From: an uncultured Spirochaetota bacterium
GTDB lineage: Bacteria; Spirochaetota; Spirochaetia; SZUA-6; Fen-1364
Assembly: GCA_963710335.1 (NCBI GenBank)
Contig: CAVQAA010000005.1
Span: 61,004 to 125,003, forward strand
Length of the DNA stretch: 64,000 nucleotides
Direction: 5' to 3'
Every line of letters begins with the position of its first letter. Within the stretch, counting starts at the first letter, position 1. Of the stretch, positions 1 through 9,567 are shown in pieces. The translations under genes were made by a program, and so were the position numbers. The notes below the pieces were generated by a model. That model was not told the origin of the DNA. It saw nothing but the letters and a program-made list of their open reading frames with translations, and searched no databases.

Positions 1-715
1 GTCCGACCATCATGCGTATCACCGTCTCCATGTCGGTCTGCCCGACGGGAAACGTGCCCATGCTCTCCCCGTCCTTCAGGATGGTGATCCTGTCCCCGAT
101 CTCGAAAATCTCCTCCAGGTAGTGCGAAATATAGATGATGCCGATTCCTTTGCGCTTGAGGCTGCGGATCAGGTCCATGAGAGAGTTCGTCTCCTCCAGG
201 CCCAGGGAGCTTGTTGGCTCATCCATGATGATAATCCTGGCGTCCCGGTAGAGCGCCTTCACGATCTGCAGCATCTGCTTCTGCGCGGAAGACAGGCTCT
301 CCACGACCGCGCCTTCCCTCAGGTTGAGGTGCAGGGATTTGATGAGCTCCCGCGCTTTCTCATTCTGGGCACGCGTGTCGACAACGAGCGGGAAACGTGC
401 CCTTCTTTCGTCCCCCAGGAAGATATTGTCCGCCACCGTGAGGCTGTCGATGAGCTCGGCCTCCTGGTAGATGGTCGAGACGCCGAGCTCGATGGCCCGC
501 CTGGGCGTGAGGCCCCTGTGTTCTGTCCCGGCAATAAAGATCTTGCCCGACTCAGGCGCTATTGCCCCGGAGAGTATCTTCGTCAGCGTCGACTTGCCGG
601 CGCCGTTCTCTCCGACCAGGCAATGGACCTCCCCTTCGGCAAGCTCGAAGCTCACATTGTTGAGAGCCTTGTGTGAGCCGTAGACTTTCGTTGCGTTGAT
701 GATGGATGCCAACAC
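1..715 (-). CDS. sugar (ribose/xylose-type) ABC transporter ATP-binding protein, 5' portion only (runs off window start)
   Basis: Reverse-strand frame from GTG 715 (GGAG 6 nt upstream) reads MLASIINATKVYGSHKALNNVSFELAEGEVHCLVGENGAGKSTLTKILSG (Walker A). It then reads LSSAQKQMLQIVKAL (signature-like) and IIIMDEPTSSL (Walker B). The frame is open to position 1 and is absent from the ORF track because there is no stop in the window. Confidence 0.85.
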   Translation of the reverse strand, partial: MLASIINATKVYGSHKALNNVSFELAEGEVHCLVGENGAGKSTLTKILSGAIAPESGKIFIAGTEHRGLTPRRAIELGVSTIYQEAELIDSLTVADNIFLGDERRARFPLVVDTRAQNEKARELIKSLHLNLREGAVVESLSSAQKQMLQIVKALYRDARIIIMDEPTSSLGLEETNSLMDLIRSLKRKGIGIIYISHYLEEIFEIGDRITILKDGESMGTFPVGQTDMETVIRMMVG

Positions 716-764
716 ATTGCGCTCCAGAAAAGAGCCGCGCGGGTTTCCCCGCGCGGCGATGAGC

Positions 765-1802
765 CTAATACAGCCCCGTGTACTGGGGGAAGCTGGTCTT
801 GGTGAGCTGGAGCCACACCGGATCCACTTCCCAGGGGATGACCTTTGTCTTGTCATCGATCGTCTTGGGAGTGATGGGAGCTATAGGCAGGAGAATCTGC
901 TGGTTCTTTGTCGTGACTTTTCCGTTCACGTATGAATGCAGTGCAAGGAAAGAGATCATGCCTTCCCACCCGGGGGAGCTGGAGACGGAATACTTGATAC
1001 CGCCTTCCTTCATGGCCTCGATGCCCGAGGGAGAGCCGTTTGTCGTGATGACCTTGATGGGGTTGTTGAGAAGGCCGCGGGTCTTCAGCATGCGGACAAT
1101 TGCAACGCCCATGTCGTCGTTGAACACGAAGAGCACGGAGAACTTCTGGCCGGACTGGATGAGGTCCTGGGCCTGGTTCACTGCCTCGTTCGGGTCGTAT
1201 CGGCCGTCACGCACCGCGACGATCTTGTTCTTGCCCAGCTGAGCAACAGTGGGCTCGAATGACGCGCGGAACATCTGCACGGGGATGTGCTCGAACAGGC
1301 CCATGATCACTGCGACGTTCTCACCCGGGTAGGTCTTGGCGATGTACTGGGCCACGTCCTTGCCCATTGCGTTCCAGTCGAAGTCGATCGCGGCCACCAC
1401 GTCGGAGCCGGACTTCAGGACCTGGCCCACGTTGTCCGTCACTACGAGCGGGATGTTCGCCGCAGCGCATTTCTTTGCCGCGATGTTCGCGCCGTTCTGG
1501 TTGAACGTGAAGATGCACATTCCGTCAACGCCCTGGTTGATCAGGGAGTCGATGTTCGCGATCTCCTTTTCCGCGTTGTAGTCGGAGTTCAGGACAATCA
1601 CCTTTGCTCCGGCCTTCTGCGCGGCGTAGACGAACCCGTCCACGTCCCTCTTGTACCACGTATCGGGTCCGGGCGTGACGTAGCCGTAGACCAGCTGTTT
1701 CCCCGCCGGAGCGGCGAACAGCGTCATGTCACCGACGACGAACGCAAAGACGGCGAACGCGATAACCAATACTTTTGGTCCAATGAGCCATTTTCTGGTC
1801 AT
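765..1802 (-). CDS. sugar ABC transporter substrate-binding protein (periplasmic binding protein, LacI-like fold)
   Basis: Part of ORF 765..2018. The internal ATG at 1802 is preceded by GGAGG. The protein starts MTRKWLIGPKVLVIAFAVFAFVV (signal/anchor), and the body resembles ribose/galactose-type binding proteins (VIVLNSDYNAEKEIANIDSLINQGVDG). The longer N-terminal extension is Arg-rich and has no RBS. Confidence 0.85.
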   Translation of the reverse strand: MTRKWLIGPKVLVIAFAVFAFVVGDMTLFAAPAGKQLVYGYVTPGPDTWYKRDVDGFVYAAQKAGAKVIVLNSDYNAEKEIANIDSLINQGVDGMCIFTFNQNGANIAAKKCAAANIPLVVTDNVGQVLKSGSDVVAAIDFDWNAMGKDVAQYIAKTYPGENVAVIMGLFEHIPVQMFRASFEPTVAQLGKNKIVAVRDGRYDPNEAVNQAQDLIQSGQKFSVLFVFNDDMGVAIVRMLKTRGLLNNPIKVITTNGSPSGIEAMKEGGIKYSVSSSPGWEGMISFLALHSYVNGKVTTKNQQILLPIAPITPKTIDDKTKVIPWEVDPVWLQLTKTSFPQYTGLY

Positions 1803-1834
1803 GAGATACCTCCTCTTGAGTCTCCCGAAGAACC

Positions 1835-2704
1835 CTAGTGCTCTTCGGGGATACCGAGCTCTTTGAGTGTGCGGCGAAGCCAGGAAAGCGACTTTTCGAT
1901 CAGGGGTCCGCCCTGGCCCTCGCATTCCATGCTGAGCACGCCGCTGTAGCCGCTGTCGCGCAGCAAGGCCACGACTTTCTTGATGTTCTCCGCGTTCACG
2001 CCATCGCCTATGGCGCACTGGCTGACCGCAATGCCCGTCTCCTTCCCCCGCGAAGCCGCGGCAAGGCTCTCCGAGACATCCTTGATATGGACATGGTTGA
2101 TTCTCTTGATGAACCTCCGGCTGAACTCAACGGGGTCCTGCCCCGCTATGAACGAATTGCCCGTGTCGAAGTTCAGCCCGAAATTCCTGCTCCCCGCGAA
2201 GTCGAGCATCTTCGCAATCATGTCGGGTCGGGTGGTGAAGTAGCCGTGGATCTCGATGTTGATGTTGATTCCGTAGACTTCCGCGGTTTCGACGATGGCC
2301 CCGTAGCTTTGCTTCATCAGCTCCATGGCCTGCGCGTCCGAGAGCCCCTCCGGCTTCAGGAGGCCGTCGGTTGTGGCGATATTGGGACAGCCCGCCACCC
2401 GCGCCCAGGGCAGGGTCTTCAAGACATAGGGCACGCCGAGATAGGGACCGTCTTTGCCGGAGAGTGGATACGCCGCGTCGACCTGGGAGAAGCGCACCCC
2501 GTAGCGCTCCATCTTCCGGGAGAGCAGGAGCGGATCTTCGGTAAGGGAGACATGGGGGAAATATCCCAGGCCGTGAATCCAGGAAACTCCATCGATGACA
2601 CCGGGTTCGATGAAGTGGACATCATTCTTGCTGGCCCACTGGAGGCACTTCTCGAAGCTGAAAGCCGCGGAGTTGAACGCGTCGGTGTGAAAGCTGATCT
2701 TCAC
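1835..2704 (-). CDS. sugar phosphate isomerase/epimerase (xylose isomerase-like TIM barrel)
   Basis: Part of ORF 1835..2785. Motifs typical of this family: ISFHTDAFN, INIEIHGYF, GLNFDTGN, HVHIKD. A GTG at 2704 (AAAGGAAA upstream) is preferred over the ATG at 2785, which lies inside the predicted -10 box. Confidence 0.75.
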   Translation of the reverse strand: MKISFHTDAFNSAAFSFEKCLQWASKNDVHFIEPGVIDGVSWIHGLGYFPHVSLTEDPLLLSRKMERYGVRFSQVDAAYPLSGKDGPYLGVPYVLKTLPWARVAGCPNIATTDGLLKPEGLSDAQAMELMKQSYGAIVETAEVYGININIEIHGYFTTRPDMIAKMLDFAGSRNFGLNFDTGNSFIAGQDPVEFSRRFIKRINHVHIKDVSESLAAASRGKETGIAVSQCAIGDGVNAENIKKVVALLRDSGYSGVLSMECEGQGGPLIEKSLSWLRRTLKELGIPEEH

Positions 2705-2783
2705 GTGGTTTCCTTTCAGCGCTGGGGCCACCTCTCCAGCGTCTCGTGTGCACGTCCCGTTACCGTATCGATTGAGGTTTCTC

Positions 2784-2813
2784 ATGATAACGGAGGTCAG
2801 CGTCCGCAGTCAA
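2784..2813 (-). promoter_or_regulatory. putative sigma-70 promoter of the sugar isomerase/ABC operon
   Basis: Minus strand reads TTGACT (2813-2808), an 18-nt spacer, then TATCAT (2789-2784). Confidence 0.4.
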
Positions 2814-2877
2814 GGAAATTAGTTGACGGAAGGAGAGACGGATGCCTTTGAGCAGCAGAACGCGGTCGATTGCCTTC

Positions 2878-4140
2878 CTATCTTCGCCTGCGCAGGACCG
2901 ACACGCAGTTGGTGACTCCCGACCCCCCAACGTTGAAAGTGACGCCGACCTGGGGTTGCTTGCGGCTGGGTGCGGCCCCGACAGGACCGCCCGTGAGCTG
3001 CTTGTACAGCATGGCGTGCATTGAGACTCCGGTGGCGCCGACAGGGTGACCTTTCGCCTTCAGGCCGCCGGAAAGATTGACGCAGCAGCCTGCGTCCTCC
3101 CTGCCGAACCTGCCGTCAATGTAGTCGTATCCCGAGCGGCCGTCTGCCGAAAGACCAAGCGCCTCTGTGCAGAGAAGCTGGTTGACCGTGAAACAGTCAT
3201 GCACCTCCGCCACGTCGACGTCGGAGATGCCCATGCCCGCCTCTTCAAACGCGCGGCGCGCCGCCTCTTTTCCCGCGGCAAGCTCATGCATGTTGGCCCG
3301 GGCGGAAAGCGCCATGCGCTCATTCACGTGCCCGATACCGGCAATCTCCACCGCCGTGCCGGCAAGGCCGGCGGCCGCGCCGCTCTCCATGATCACCACG
3401 GCCGCAGCGCCGTCGGAGATCAGGGAGCAATCGTGCAGGCGCAGCGGTTTTGCGATCATTGGATTCTTCTCTTCGGGAAGGTCCAGGATGGCCTGGGAGG
3501 TGACCAGCCCCATCCTGTCCGTCGGTCCTCCCTTTCCGAAGTGAGCAAGTGGATTGTCCAGCCCGTTTCTGTATGCAAGGGCTGAAACAGAAGCCAGCAT
3601 GCGCGCAAGAAGCTCGTTGGAGAGCCGATGATGAGCGGCATAGCCTTTTGCGTACTCCGCAAAAAGGCAGGGAAACGTTATGGCGCGCGCGCCTTCCTCC
3701 GGCCAGAAGGAGCACGTGGCAAGGGCATGCGTGACGCCCGCGGTATCCAGAAGGTTCATCTTCTCCACGCCGACCACCAGCGCAATCCGCGCCCGTCCTG
3801 CTTCCACGGCATACATGGCATTGTAGAGGGCGACTGAGCCGGAGGCGCAGGCGTCCTCACAGCGCGTCATGGGCTTGAAACGAAGCCCCTCCGGATCGAT
3901 CTCCGGCGCCATTGCAGCAATGTGCTCCTGATTGGTGAACAGGCCGGGTGCGCAGCTGCCGACCCACACGCCGTCCACGTCTTTTCCCGAGATCCCGGCA
4001 TCTTTCAGGGCGCCCCGCCCTGCCTCGATCATCAGGTCATAGATCGTAGTGACATCCACCACCTCGCCAGTTTCCCTGTTCTTCTTCACGAAGCTGCCGA
4101 ACCTCGTGTTGTACGCACCGACAATGCTCACCCGGCTCAT
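2878..4140 (-). CDS. thiolase, SCP-x / archaeal-type (acetyl-CoA C-acyltransferase family)
   Basis: 420 aa. Nucleophile motif CEDACASGS, HDCF motif, and NLSGGLKAKGHPVGATG near the C-terminus. The start ATG overlaps the stop of the upstream gene (ATGA at 4137-4140). Confidence 0.85.
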   Translation of the reverse strand: MSRVSIVGAYNTRFGSFVKKNRETGEVVDVTTIYDLMIEAGRGALKDAGISGKDVDGVWVGSCAPGLFTNQEHIAAMAPEIDPEGLRFKPMTRCEDACASGSVALYNAMYAVEAGRARIALVVGVEKMNLLDTAGVTHALATCSFWPEEGARAITFPCLFAEYAKGYAAHHRLSNELLARMLASVSALAYRNGLDNPLAHFGKGGPTDRMGLVTSQAILDLPEEKNPMIAKPLRLHDCSLISDGAAAVVIMESGAAAGLAGTAVEIAGIGHVNERMALSARANMHELAAGKEAARRAFEEAGMGISDVDVAEVHDCFTVNQLLCTEALGLSADGRSGYDYIDGRFGREDAGCCVNLSGGLKAKGHPVGATGVSMHAMLYKQLTGGPVGAAPSRKQPQVGVTFNVGGSGVTNCVSVLRRRR

Positions 4141-4922
4141 GCGTCTTCCTTTCCCAAACCAGATACGAATTGCGACAAAAGTTTCATAAAACGCGAAGGA
4201 TCCTCGACCACAACCGAATGCCCCACCTCATCCAGGACGATGAGCCGGGCCCCCGGGAATGCGATGGCCGTTTCACGGGCCATGGCTTCCGTTACGATGA
4301 CATCCTTCTTTCCCCATATGACGAGGACAGGAGCGCGAAACGCTCCGCACCTTCCACGGTAGTCAAACCGGCCCAGGGCGCGGGCATTTCCAATCCACGC
4401 GGGGCCAGCCATGAGGCTTGCGTCGTCGACAAGGCTCTCGAAAAACTCAGTGTCGTTCAGCGTTGGAACAACCGCGGAAAGGGCCCTGGCGAGAATACCC
4501 CGGTTGTTTTGCATGGACTGTATGAGCGGATAACGGTCTTCAGGGGTCTGGAGCCCGGAGGGAGCGGCGGAATCCACGAGAACCAACCCGCACAACAACT
4601 GGGGATGACGGACAGCCAGCGAGATGGCAACCGCGCCCCCAAGGGAATGCCCCACAAGGACCGACATCTCGATTCCAAGAGCTCGAAGAAAACCAGCCAC
4701 TGCGTCCGCGTAGCCATCGATGTCAGGCTCTCCCGGCAGCGGTCCCGAGCCGCCGAAGTTCGGCATGTCCAGCGCAATGGTCCTGCAGCCGGGAACATCC
4801 AATACCCGGTGGAACCATCGGCTCGAACCTGTGTTGCCGTGCACAAAGATCACGGGGAGACCTGTGCCGCGCTCCAGGTAGGAGACGCGCGTCCCTCCAA
4901 CCGTAATTGCCTTCCCGGTCAT
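4137..4922 (-). CDS. alpha/beta-fold hydrolase
   Basis: Part of ORF 4137..4949. ATG 4922 has GAGGG upstream. Contains HGNTGSS and the nucleophile elbow VGHSLGG, with a C-terminal GH in LDEVGHS. Confidence 0.8.
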   Translation of the reverse strand: MTGKAITVGGTRVSYLERGTGLPVIFVHGNTGSSRWFHRVLDVPGCRTIALDMPNFGGSGPLPGEPDIDGYADAVAGFLRALGIEMSVLVGHSLGGAVAISLAVRHPQLLCGLVLVDSAAPSGLQTPEDRYPLIQSMQNNRGILARALSAVVPTLNDTEFFESLVDDASLMAGPAWIGNARALGRFDYRGRCGAFRAPVLVIWGKKDVIVTEAMARETAIAFPGARLIVLDEVGHSVVVEDPSRFMKLLSQFVSGLGKEDA

Positions 4923-4978
4923 CGTTCCCTCAAACCCGCAGCTCCGCAAGCACGAGATCCGGTCGTTCGCGGCATGTC

Positions 4979-5680
4979 TCAGATGCCCAGGTACGACTTG
5001 ATCACGTGAGGGTTGTCCAGGAGCCCCGCGGCGCTGTCTTCCAGGGCCACGGTTCCATTCTCCAGAACATACCCTCGATCAACGGCCCGCAGGCTTTCCC
5101 GCACGTTCTGCTCGGTAACGAGAATTGAGACCGTTGCCTTGAGCTGCGCAAGCTTCTCGAAGACCTCCGACACAATCGAGGGCTGGAGGCCCAGGGAAGG
5201 CTCGTCCAGGATAAGAAGGCGCGGGTTCGCCATGAGGGCCCGGCCAATCGCCACCATGCGCTGCTGGCCTCCGGACAGGGTGCCGGCCAGCTGGCGGTAG
5301 CGTTCCCGCAGGATGGGAAACAGCCCCAGCACGGTTTCCCTTTGTTTCTCAGTGATGTCCCGGGCATGCGGAATGTAGGCTGCGCCCAGCTCAAGGTTGT
5401 CCGCCACCGACATGCCGGGGAAAAGCTCCCGCTCCTGGGGGACAAGGGCAATACCGGCGCGGGCAATCTGGTGGGTCTTGAGCGCGGTCAGGTCACGGCC
5501 GTCCACCTCTACGCTGCCCGCGCTGGGACGGACCATACCCATGATCGCGTTGATGAGCGTAGTCTTGCCGGCGCCGTTGGGCCCGAACAGCCCCACGGAC
5601 TCCATTCCGACTGCGAGGCTTACTCCCCTGAGAACCGGAATGCGGCCGTAGCTGCACTCGAGGTCGGTGACCCGCAGCAT
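4979..5680 (-). CDS. livF: branched-chain amino acid-type ABC transporter ATP-binding protein (LivF-like)
   Basis: 233 aa with GPNGAGKTT, LSGGQQRMVAIGRAL and LLILDEPSLGL. Confidence 0.9.
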   Translation of the reverse strand: MLRVTDLECSYGRIPVLRGVSLAVGMESVGLFGPNGAGKTTLINAIMGMVRPSAGSVEVDGRDLTALKTHQIARAGIALVPQERELFPGMSVADNLELGAAYIPHARDITEKQRETVLGLFPILRERYRQLAGTLSGGQQRMVAIGRALMANPRLLILDEPSLGLQPSIVSEVFEKLAQLKATVSILVTEQNVRESLRAVDRGYVLENGTVALEDSAAGLLDNPHVIKSYLGI

Positions 5681-6399
5681 CAGGTAGCTCCTCCCAGGTA
5701 AGCGGCAATGACCCTGGGGTTCCTTGCGACCTCCTCATACGGGCCTGCGGCAATGATCTCCCCCGCCTCCAAAACGATCACCCGATGCGTCAGGTCCCGG
5801 ATGACGCTCATCACGTGCTCCACCACGCCCACGCCGATATTGCGCTCACCGGCAATCCCCTGCACCAGACGAACGACCTCTATCGTTTCGTCGACGTTCA
5901 GCCCGGCCATGACCTCGTCCAGAAAGAGGATGGAGGGCGCGTTTGCAAGGGCGTGGGCAATCTCCATCTTCTTGGTTTCCAGCATCGTGATCTGCGAGAC
6001 ATCGCGGGACAGGCCGCCGAGCCCCAGGGAGTCGCACAGAGCCTCTGCGGAGCGCCGTGCCTCCCGCAACCCCATGTGCCGGCTGAAGATGAAGCCCAGC
6101 ATCACGTTTTCCAGGACGTCGAGGTTCTCCAACGGATGAATGATCTGGAAAGTGCGGGCAATCCCCAGCTGCGCGCGTCTGTGAGCAGGGAGGCCCGTGA
6201 TGTCCCTGCCCTTGAAAAGGATGCGGCCGCCCGAGGGCGTATAGATGCCGGAGACCAGATTGATGAATGTGGTCTTGCCGGCACCGTTCGGGCCAATGAC
6301 GCCGAGGATCTCCCCGCATTGGAGAGTGAAGGAGACATTGTTGACTGCCATCAGCCCGCCAAAATGCTTGGAGAGGCCGAAGGTCTGCAGGTCAGGCAT
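5680..6399 (-). CDS. livG: branched-chain amino acid-type ABC transporter ATP-binding protein (LivG-like)
   Basis: Part of ORF 5680..6423. Contains MPDLQTFGLSKHFGG, GPNGAGKTT and FLDEVMAGL. The start is uncertain (GTG 6423, ATG 6411 or ATG 6399). Confidence 0.88.
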   Translation of the reverse strand: MPDLQTFGLSKHFGGLMAVNNVSFTLQCGEILGVIGPNGAGKTTFINLVSGIYTPSGGRILFKGRDITGLPAHRRAQLGIARTFQIIHPLENLDVLENVMLGFIFSRHMGLREARRSAEALCDSLGLGGLSRDVSQITMLETKKMEIAHALANAPSILFLDEVMAGLNVDETIEVVRLVQGIAGERNIGVGVVEHVMSVIRDLTHRVIVLEAGEIIAAGPYEEVARNPRVIAAYLGGAT

Positions 6400-7351
6400 G
6401 TGCCGTTCCATTGCCGGGCGCACTGACGGTTGCTCGTGCCCTGACGCGCCGGCGGTACTGGCCGTACAGCCCCTCCGGGAGAAGGAGAATGACCAGAACG
6501 ATGATGATTCCGTAAACGACGAGGTGGCCGTACGGGATTTTCAGCTTGAGGTACTCGGAGGCAACGCCAAGGAGAACCGCGCCCAGGACGGGACCCGGCG
6601 TGCTGTAGGTTCCGCCAAGCAGAGCCATTGCAAGAGGGAGAAGAGTATAGTTCGGGTCGAAGACGGAGTCCGGCGAGGCATATCCGTAGATCTGAACCTG
6701 GATGCCGCCTGCAATTCCCTGGATGAAGGATGTGGTCACGAAGGCGACCATGAGATATTTGAAGATGTCGATCCCGCTGGACCGCGCGCTCACTTCATTG
6801 TTTCTAACCGCGGTGAGGGCAAACCTGAGCCGGGAGCGCTGGAACCAGGAGGACAGGCCGCAGGCCATGAGCACGACAGCCAGCGCAAGCCAGAAGAGTG
6901 CCCGCGAGTTGCCGTTGAAAATGAGGGAAGGCAGGACAAGGCCCTCGGGGCCGCCCGTGAAGTCCCCCCAATTATGGATGATCACCTGGAAGATCTCGGC
7001 GAGCGCAAGAGTCGTAATTGCGAAATAGACCTTCCGGAGCCGCAGGATGATGAATCCCAGAACAAAAGCCACGGCGGCCGCGCAGGCCCCCGCAAGCAGG
7101 ATGGAAGCCAATGGCGGCACCGCGGCCTTGAGCGCAGTCATGGCCGCCGCATATGCCCCGATGCCGAAGAACCCGGCAATGCCGAATGAGATCTGTCCAG
7201 ATCTCAGAAGCATGTCCCAGCTGACTGCCAGGGCCATGGAGATGAGAACGCTCTGCGCAACGGCAAGGGGGTACGGTCCGGCGATGAAAGGAAACAGGAT
7301 CCCGGCCGCGATGACAAGGACGGGAAGGAGCTTTCGGATCGCCTGCGTCAC
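6392..7351 (-). CDS. livM: branched-chain amino acid-type ABC transporter permease (LivM-like)
   Basis: This is the C-terminal 319 codons of ORF 6392..8203. GTG 7351 overlaps the livH stop (GTGA). The sequence is hydrophobic and multi-TM from VTQAIRKLLPVLVIAAGILFPF onward. The upstream part of the 603-aa ORF merely overlaps livH in another frame. Confidence 0.85.
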   Translation of the reverse strand: MTQAIRKLLPVLVIAAGILFPFIAGPYPLAVAQSVLISMALAVSWDMLLRSGQISFGIAGFFGIGAYAAAMTALKAAVPPLASILLAGACAAAVAFVLGFIILRLRKVYFAITTLALAEIFQVIIHNWGDFTGGPEGLVLPSLIFNGNSRALFWLALAVVLMACGLSSWFQRSRLRFALTAVRNNEVSARSSGIDIFKYLMVAFVTTSFIQGIAGGIQVQIYGYASPDSVFDPNYTLLPLAMALLGGTYSTPGPVLGAVLLGVASEYLKLKIPYGHLVVYGIIIVLVILLLPEGLYGQYRRRVRARATVSAPGNGTAHA

Positions 7352-8304
7352 GCCTTCCTCTCCCGCAAAGAGCGCACCAGGATTGTCGCAATGATGATCG
7401 CAAAGAACACCAGGTTGGACCATCCGGCGTATCCCCTGATGCTGTTGATGATGCTTTCGGCCAGGCCGAGGGCCAGGCTGCAATACAGGATGCCCACGAT
7501 GTTGCCCACCCCTGCCATGGCGACCAGGCAGAAGGATTTCATGGTGTACGGCCCGCCCACAAGGGGAAAGATCGCCTGCCTCGCAAGAAACACCGAGCCC
7601 ACGGCGCCAATGAGACCAACAGCAAGGGCAAACACGAACGCGTAGGTCCTTCCCACGTCGATTCCCACGATTGCCGCTCCTCGCGGGTTCTGGCCCACGG
7701 CAAGCGCCGCCTTGCCCATGCGAGTCCGGGTCAGGAAAAGCTTCAAGCCGACGGCAAGCACGATTGCAATTCCCGCGTAGACGAAATCGAAGACGCCGAA
7801 GCTGACGTCCCCGACCGTTGCAGAGGCTGACACGTAGTCCAGGGAGAGCTTCCACGATTGCGAGGTGAACACGAGGTTCACAGTCTGGCTCAGCGCGATT
7901 GCAAGACCGAACGTAAGAATGAGCTGGTTGAGCTCGGGCGCCTTCAAGGCGTGCTTGATGGTGAGCAGGTACACGATCAGGCCGAAAACCGCCATGACAA
8001 GAGCCACCGGAATCAGGGATACAAACGGATCCAGGCCCAGGAGCCTGGCGGCAAAGTATGCCAGGTAGGCCGCCACCATCATGAGCTCTCCATGGGCCAG
8101 GTTCACGATATGGACGATGCCGAGGATGAGAGCCATGGGGATTGCAACGGCGGCGTAGAGGCCGGCTCGCTGCACTCCATACACCAGCGCAGTCGGTTTC
8201 CACAGCGCTACGGCCGCAGTCCCCGCCACTGCAAGGGCCGTCCAGAGGGCAATCTGCCGGGCCTGGCCCGGCCGCACGCGCAGCCGGGCCATTTCGACTT
8301 TCAT
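7348..8304 (-). CDS. livH: branched-chain amino acid-type ABC transporter permease (LivH-like)
   Basis: Part of ORF 7348..8334. ATG 8304 lies 1 nt after the stop of the binding-protein gene. Contains the NLAHGELMMVAAY motif and multiple TM segments. Confidence 0.85.
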   Translation of the reverse strand: MKVEMARLRVRPGQARQIALWTALAVAGTAAVALWKPTALVYGVQRAGLYAAVAIPMALILGIVHIVNLAHGELMMVAAYLAYFAARLLGLDPFVSLIPVALVMAVFGLIVYLLTIKHALKAPELNQLILTFGLAIALSQTVNLVFTSQSWKLSLDYVSASATVGDVSFGVFDFVYAGIAIVLAVGLKLFLTRTRMGKAALAVGQNPRGAAIVGIDVGRTYAFVFALAVGLIGAVGSVFLARQAIFPLVGGPYTMKSFCLVAMAGVGNIVGILYCSLALGLAESIINSIRGYAGWSNLVFFAIIIATILVRSLRERKA

Positions 8305-8305
8305 G

Positions 8306-9511
8306 CTACTTCCACGGAGGAAGAGGATACGCAATGGGATGTGACTGGACCTCGAACGGCCAGATCACTTCCTGCCTGCCCTCCTGCCACTGCAGGATCT
8401 TCTGGTTCTTGATGCCCTGGTGCTTGATGATGTTCGACGGAGTGAAGGTGATCGTCTCACCCAGCGGGGATGCATACTTCGTGGCTTCCAGCGCCTTGAT
8501 GAGCTTTTCCTTGTTCGTTCCTCCCGCGCGCTTTATCGCGTCCGCGATGATGTAGACTGCGCTGTAGGAAAGAGGCGCGAAATAGCTGGTCGGGGCGGTG
8601 CCGTTTGCGGCCACGTACGCATCGTAGAACTTCTTGCTTGCCGGGCTGATGTCATTGATCGAAGGCGCCCACATTCCATACAGCATGATGCCCTCAGCAA
8701 GCGGGGATTTTCCCATGTCCACGGGCCATGCAGGTGGCGCCCCGAGGTAGATCGGCGGGGAGAACTTCATGGCCTTGGATTGTTCAAGCAGGGGAAGCGC
8801 GTCCTGCGCGTATCCGGCCCAGATGAACAGATCCGGCTTGAAATCCTTGGCTGCCTCGAGCACGGAGGAATAATCCGAACCGCCCATCAAGGCGCTCTTG
8901 AATGAAGAGCCATCAAACGTGTAGCGGGATCCGAAGAGCGCCTTGGAAGCGTCAAAAGACGACTTTCCGAAAGCTCCCTCTTCATAGGCCAGGAAGATCC
9001 TCTTGATCTTGACGTTCGGGTATTTTTTCTGGATTGCGTCCCACCCGTCGTAGTAGCTTTGGCCCTGGTTGTAGTCCCAGGGATGGAGGTGGAAATACCA
9101 GTCGGATCCGGGGCTCGGGCCCAGGGCTTTTTCCACGCTTGCGCTTGCGGCCGCTCCCGTGGCAACCGTGACAATCTGGTATTTCTTCATGGTGGGAACC
9201 TGCGCCACGGCCACCCCGGATGCAATACCGCCCAGGAGAACATCCACTTTGTCGACTGTGGCGAGCTTCTCGATTGCGGCGACGCCCTTGTCACCCTTGC
9301 CTTCGTCATCGACAACCACCAGTTGCAGCTGCTTTCCCAGGACGCCCCCGGCCTTGTTTATCTCATCTACTGCCAGCTGGGCAGCCTTGGAGCATTCCAT
9401 CCCGCTCACGTCCCCAAGTGGCCAGTTTGCGCCCAGCTTTATGACGCCCTGTGCGAACGCAGCGGCGGCGAGCAGCGCAAAGCACGCGATTGCCACACAA
9501 GCCTTCCTCAT
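8306..9511 (-). CDS. ABC transporter substrate-binding protein, Leu/Ile/Val-binding protein family (ligand unknown)
   Basis: 401 aa. Signal peptide MRKACVAIACFALLAAAAFAQG with the RBS GAAGGAGG upstream. Contains AAQLAVDEINKAGGVLGKQLQLVVVDD, typical of the family. Confidence 0.88.
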   Translation of the reverse strand: MRKACVAIACFALLAAAAFAQGVIKLGANWPLGDVSGMECSKAAQLAVDEINKAGGVLGKQLQLVVVDDEGKGDKGVAAIEKLATVDKVDVLLGGIASGVAVAQVPTMKKYQIVTVATGAAASASVEKALGPSPGSDWYFHLHPWDYNQGQSYYDGWDAIQKKYPNVKIKRIFLAYEEGAFGKSSFDASKALFGSRYTFDGSSFKSALMGGSDYSSVLEAAKDFKPDLFIWAGYAQDALPLLEQSKAMKFSPPIYLGAPPAWPVDMGKSPLAEGIMLYGMWAPSINDISPASKKFYDAYVAANGTAPTSYFAPLSYSAVYIIADAIKRAGGTNKEKLIKALEATKYASPLGETITFTPSNIIKHQGIKNQKILQWQEGRQEVIWPFEVQSHPIAYPLPPWK

Positions 9512-9567
9512 ATACCCTCCTTCACTCCCTGGCTGTCCGCGGGGTTGCCCGCGGATGCTTCAAGCTT

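Noticed and set aside
2785-2785. ATG at 2785 as the start of the sugar isomerase gene (longest ORF)
   Set aside because: It has no RBS and lies inside the predicted -10 hexamer. The added 27 residues are not part of the TIM-barrel family N-terminus. The GTG at 2704 with an upstream AAAGGAAA fits better.
6392-8203. 603-aa ORF that looks like a giant fused permease
   Set aside because: Only the C-terminal 319 codons (from GTG 7351) are hydrophobic permease sequence. The upstream 284 codons are Arg/Gly/Pro-rich and overlap the well-supported livH gene in another frame. This is an open-frame artefact of high GC content.
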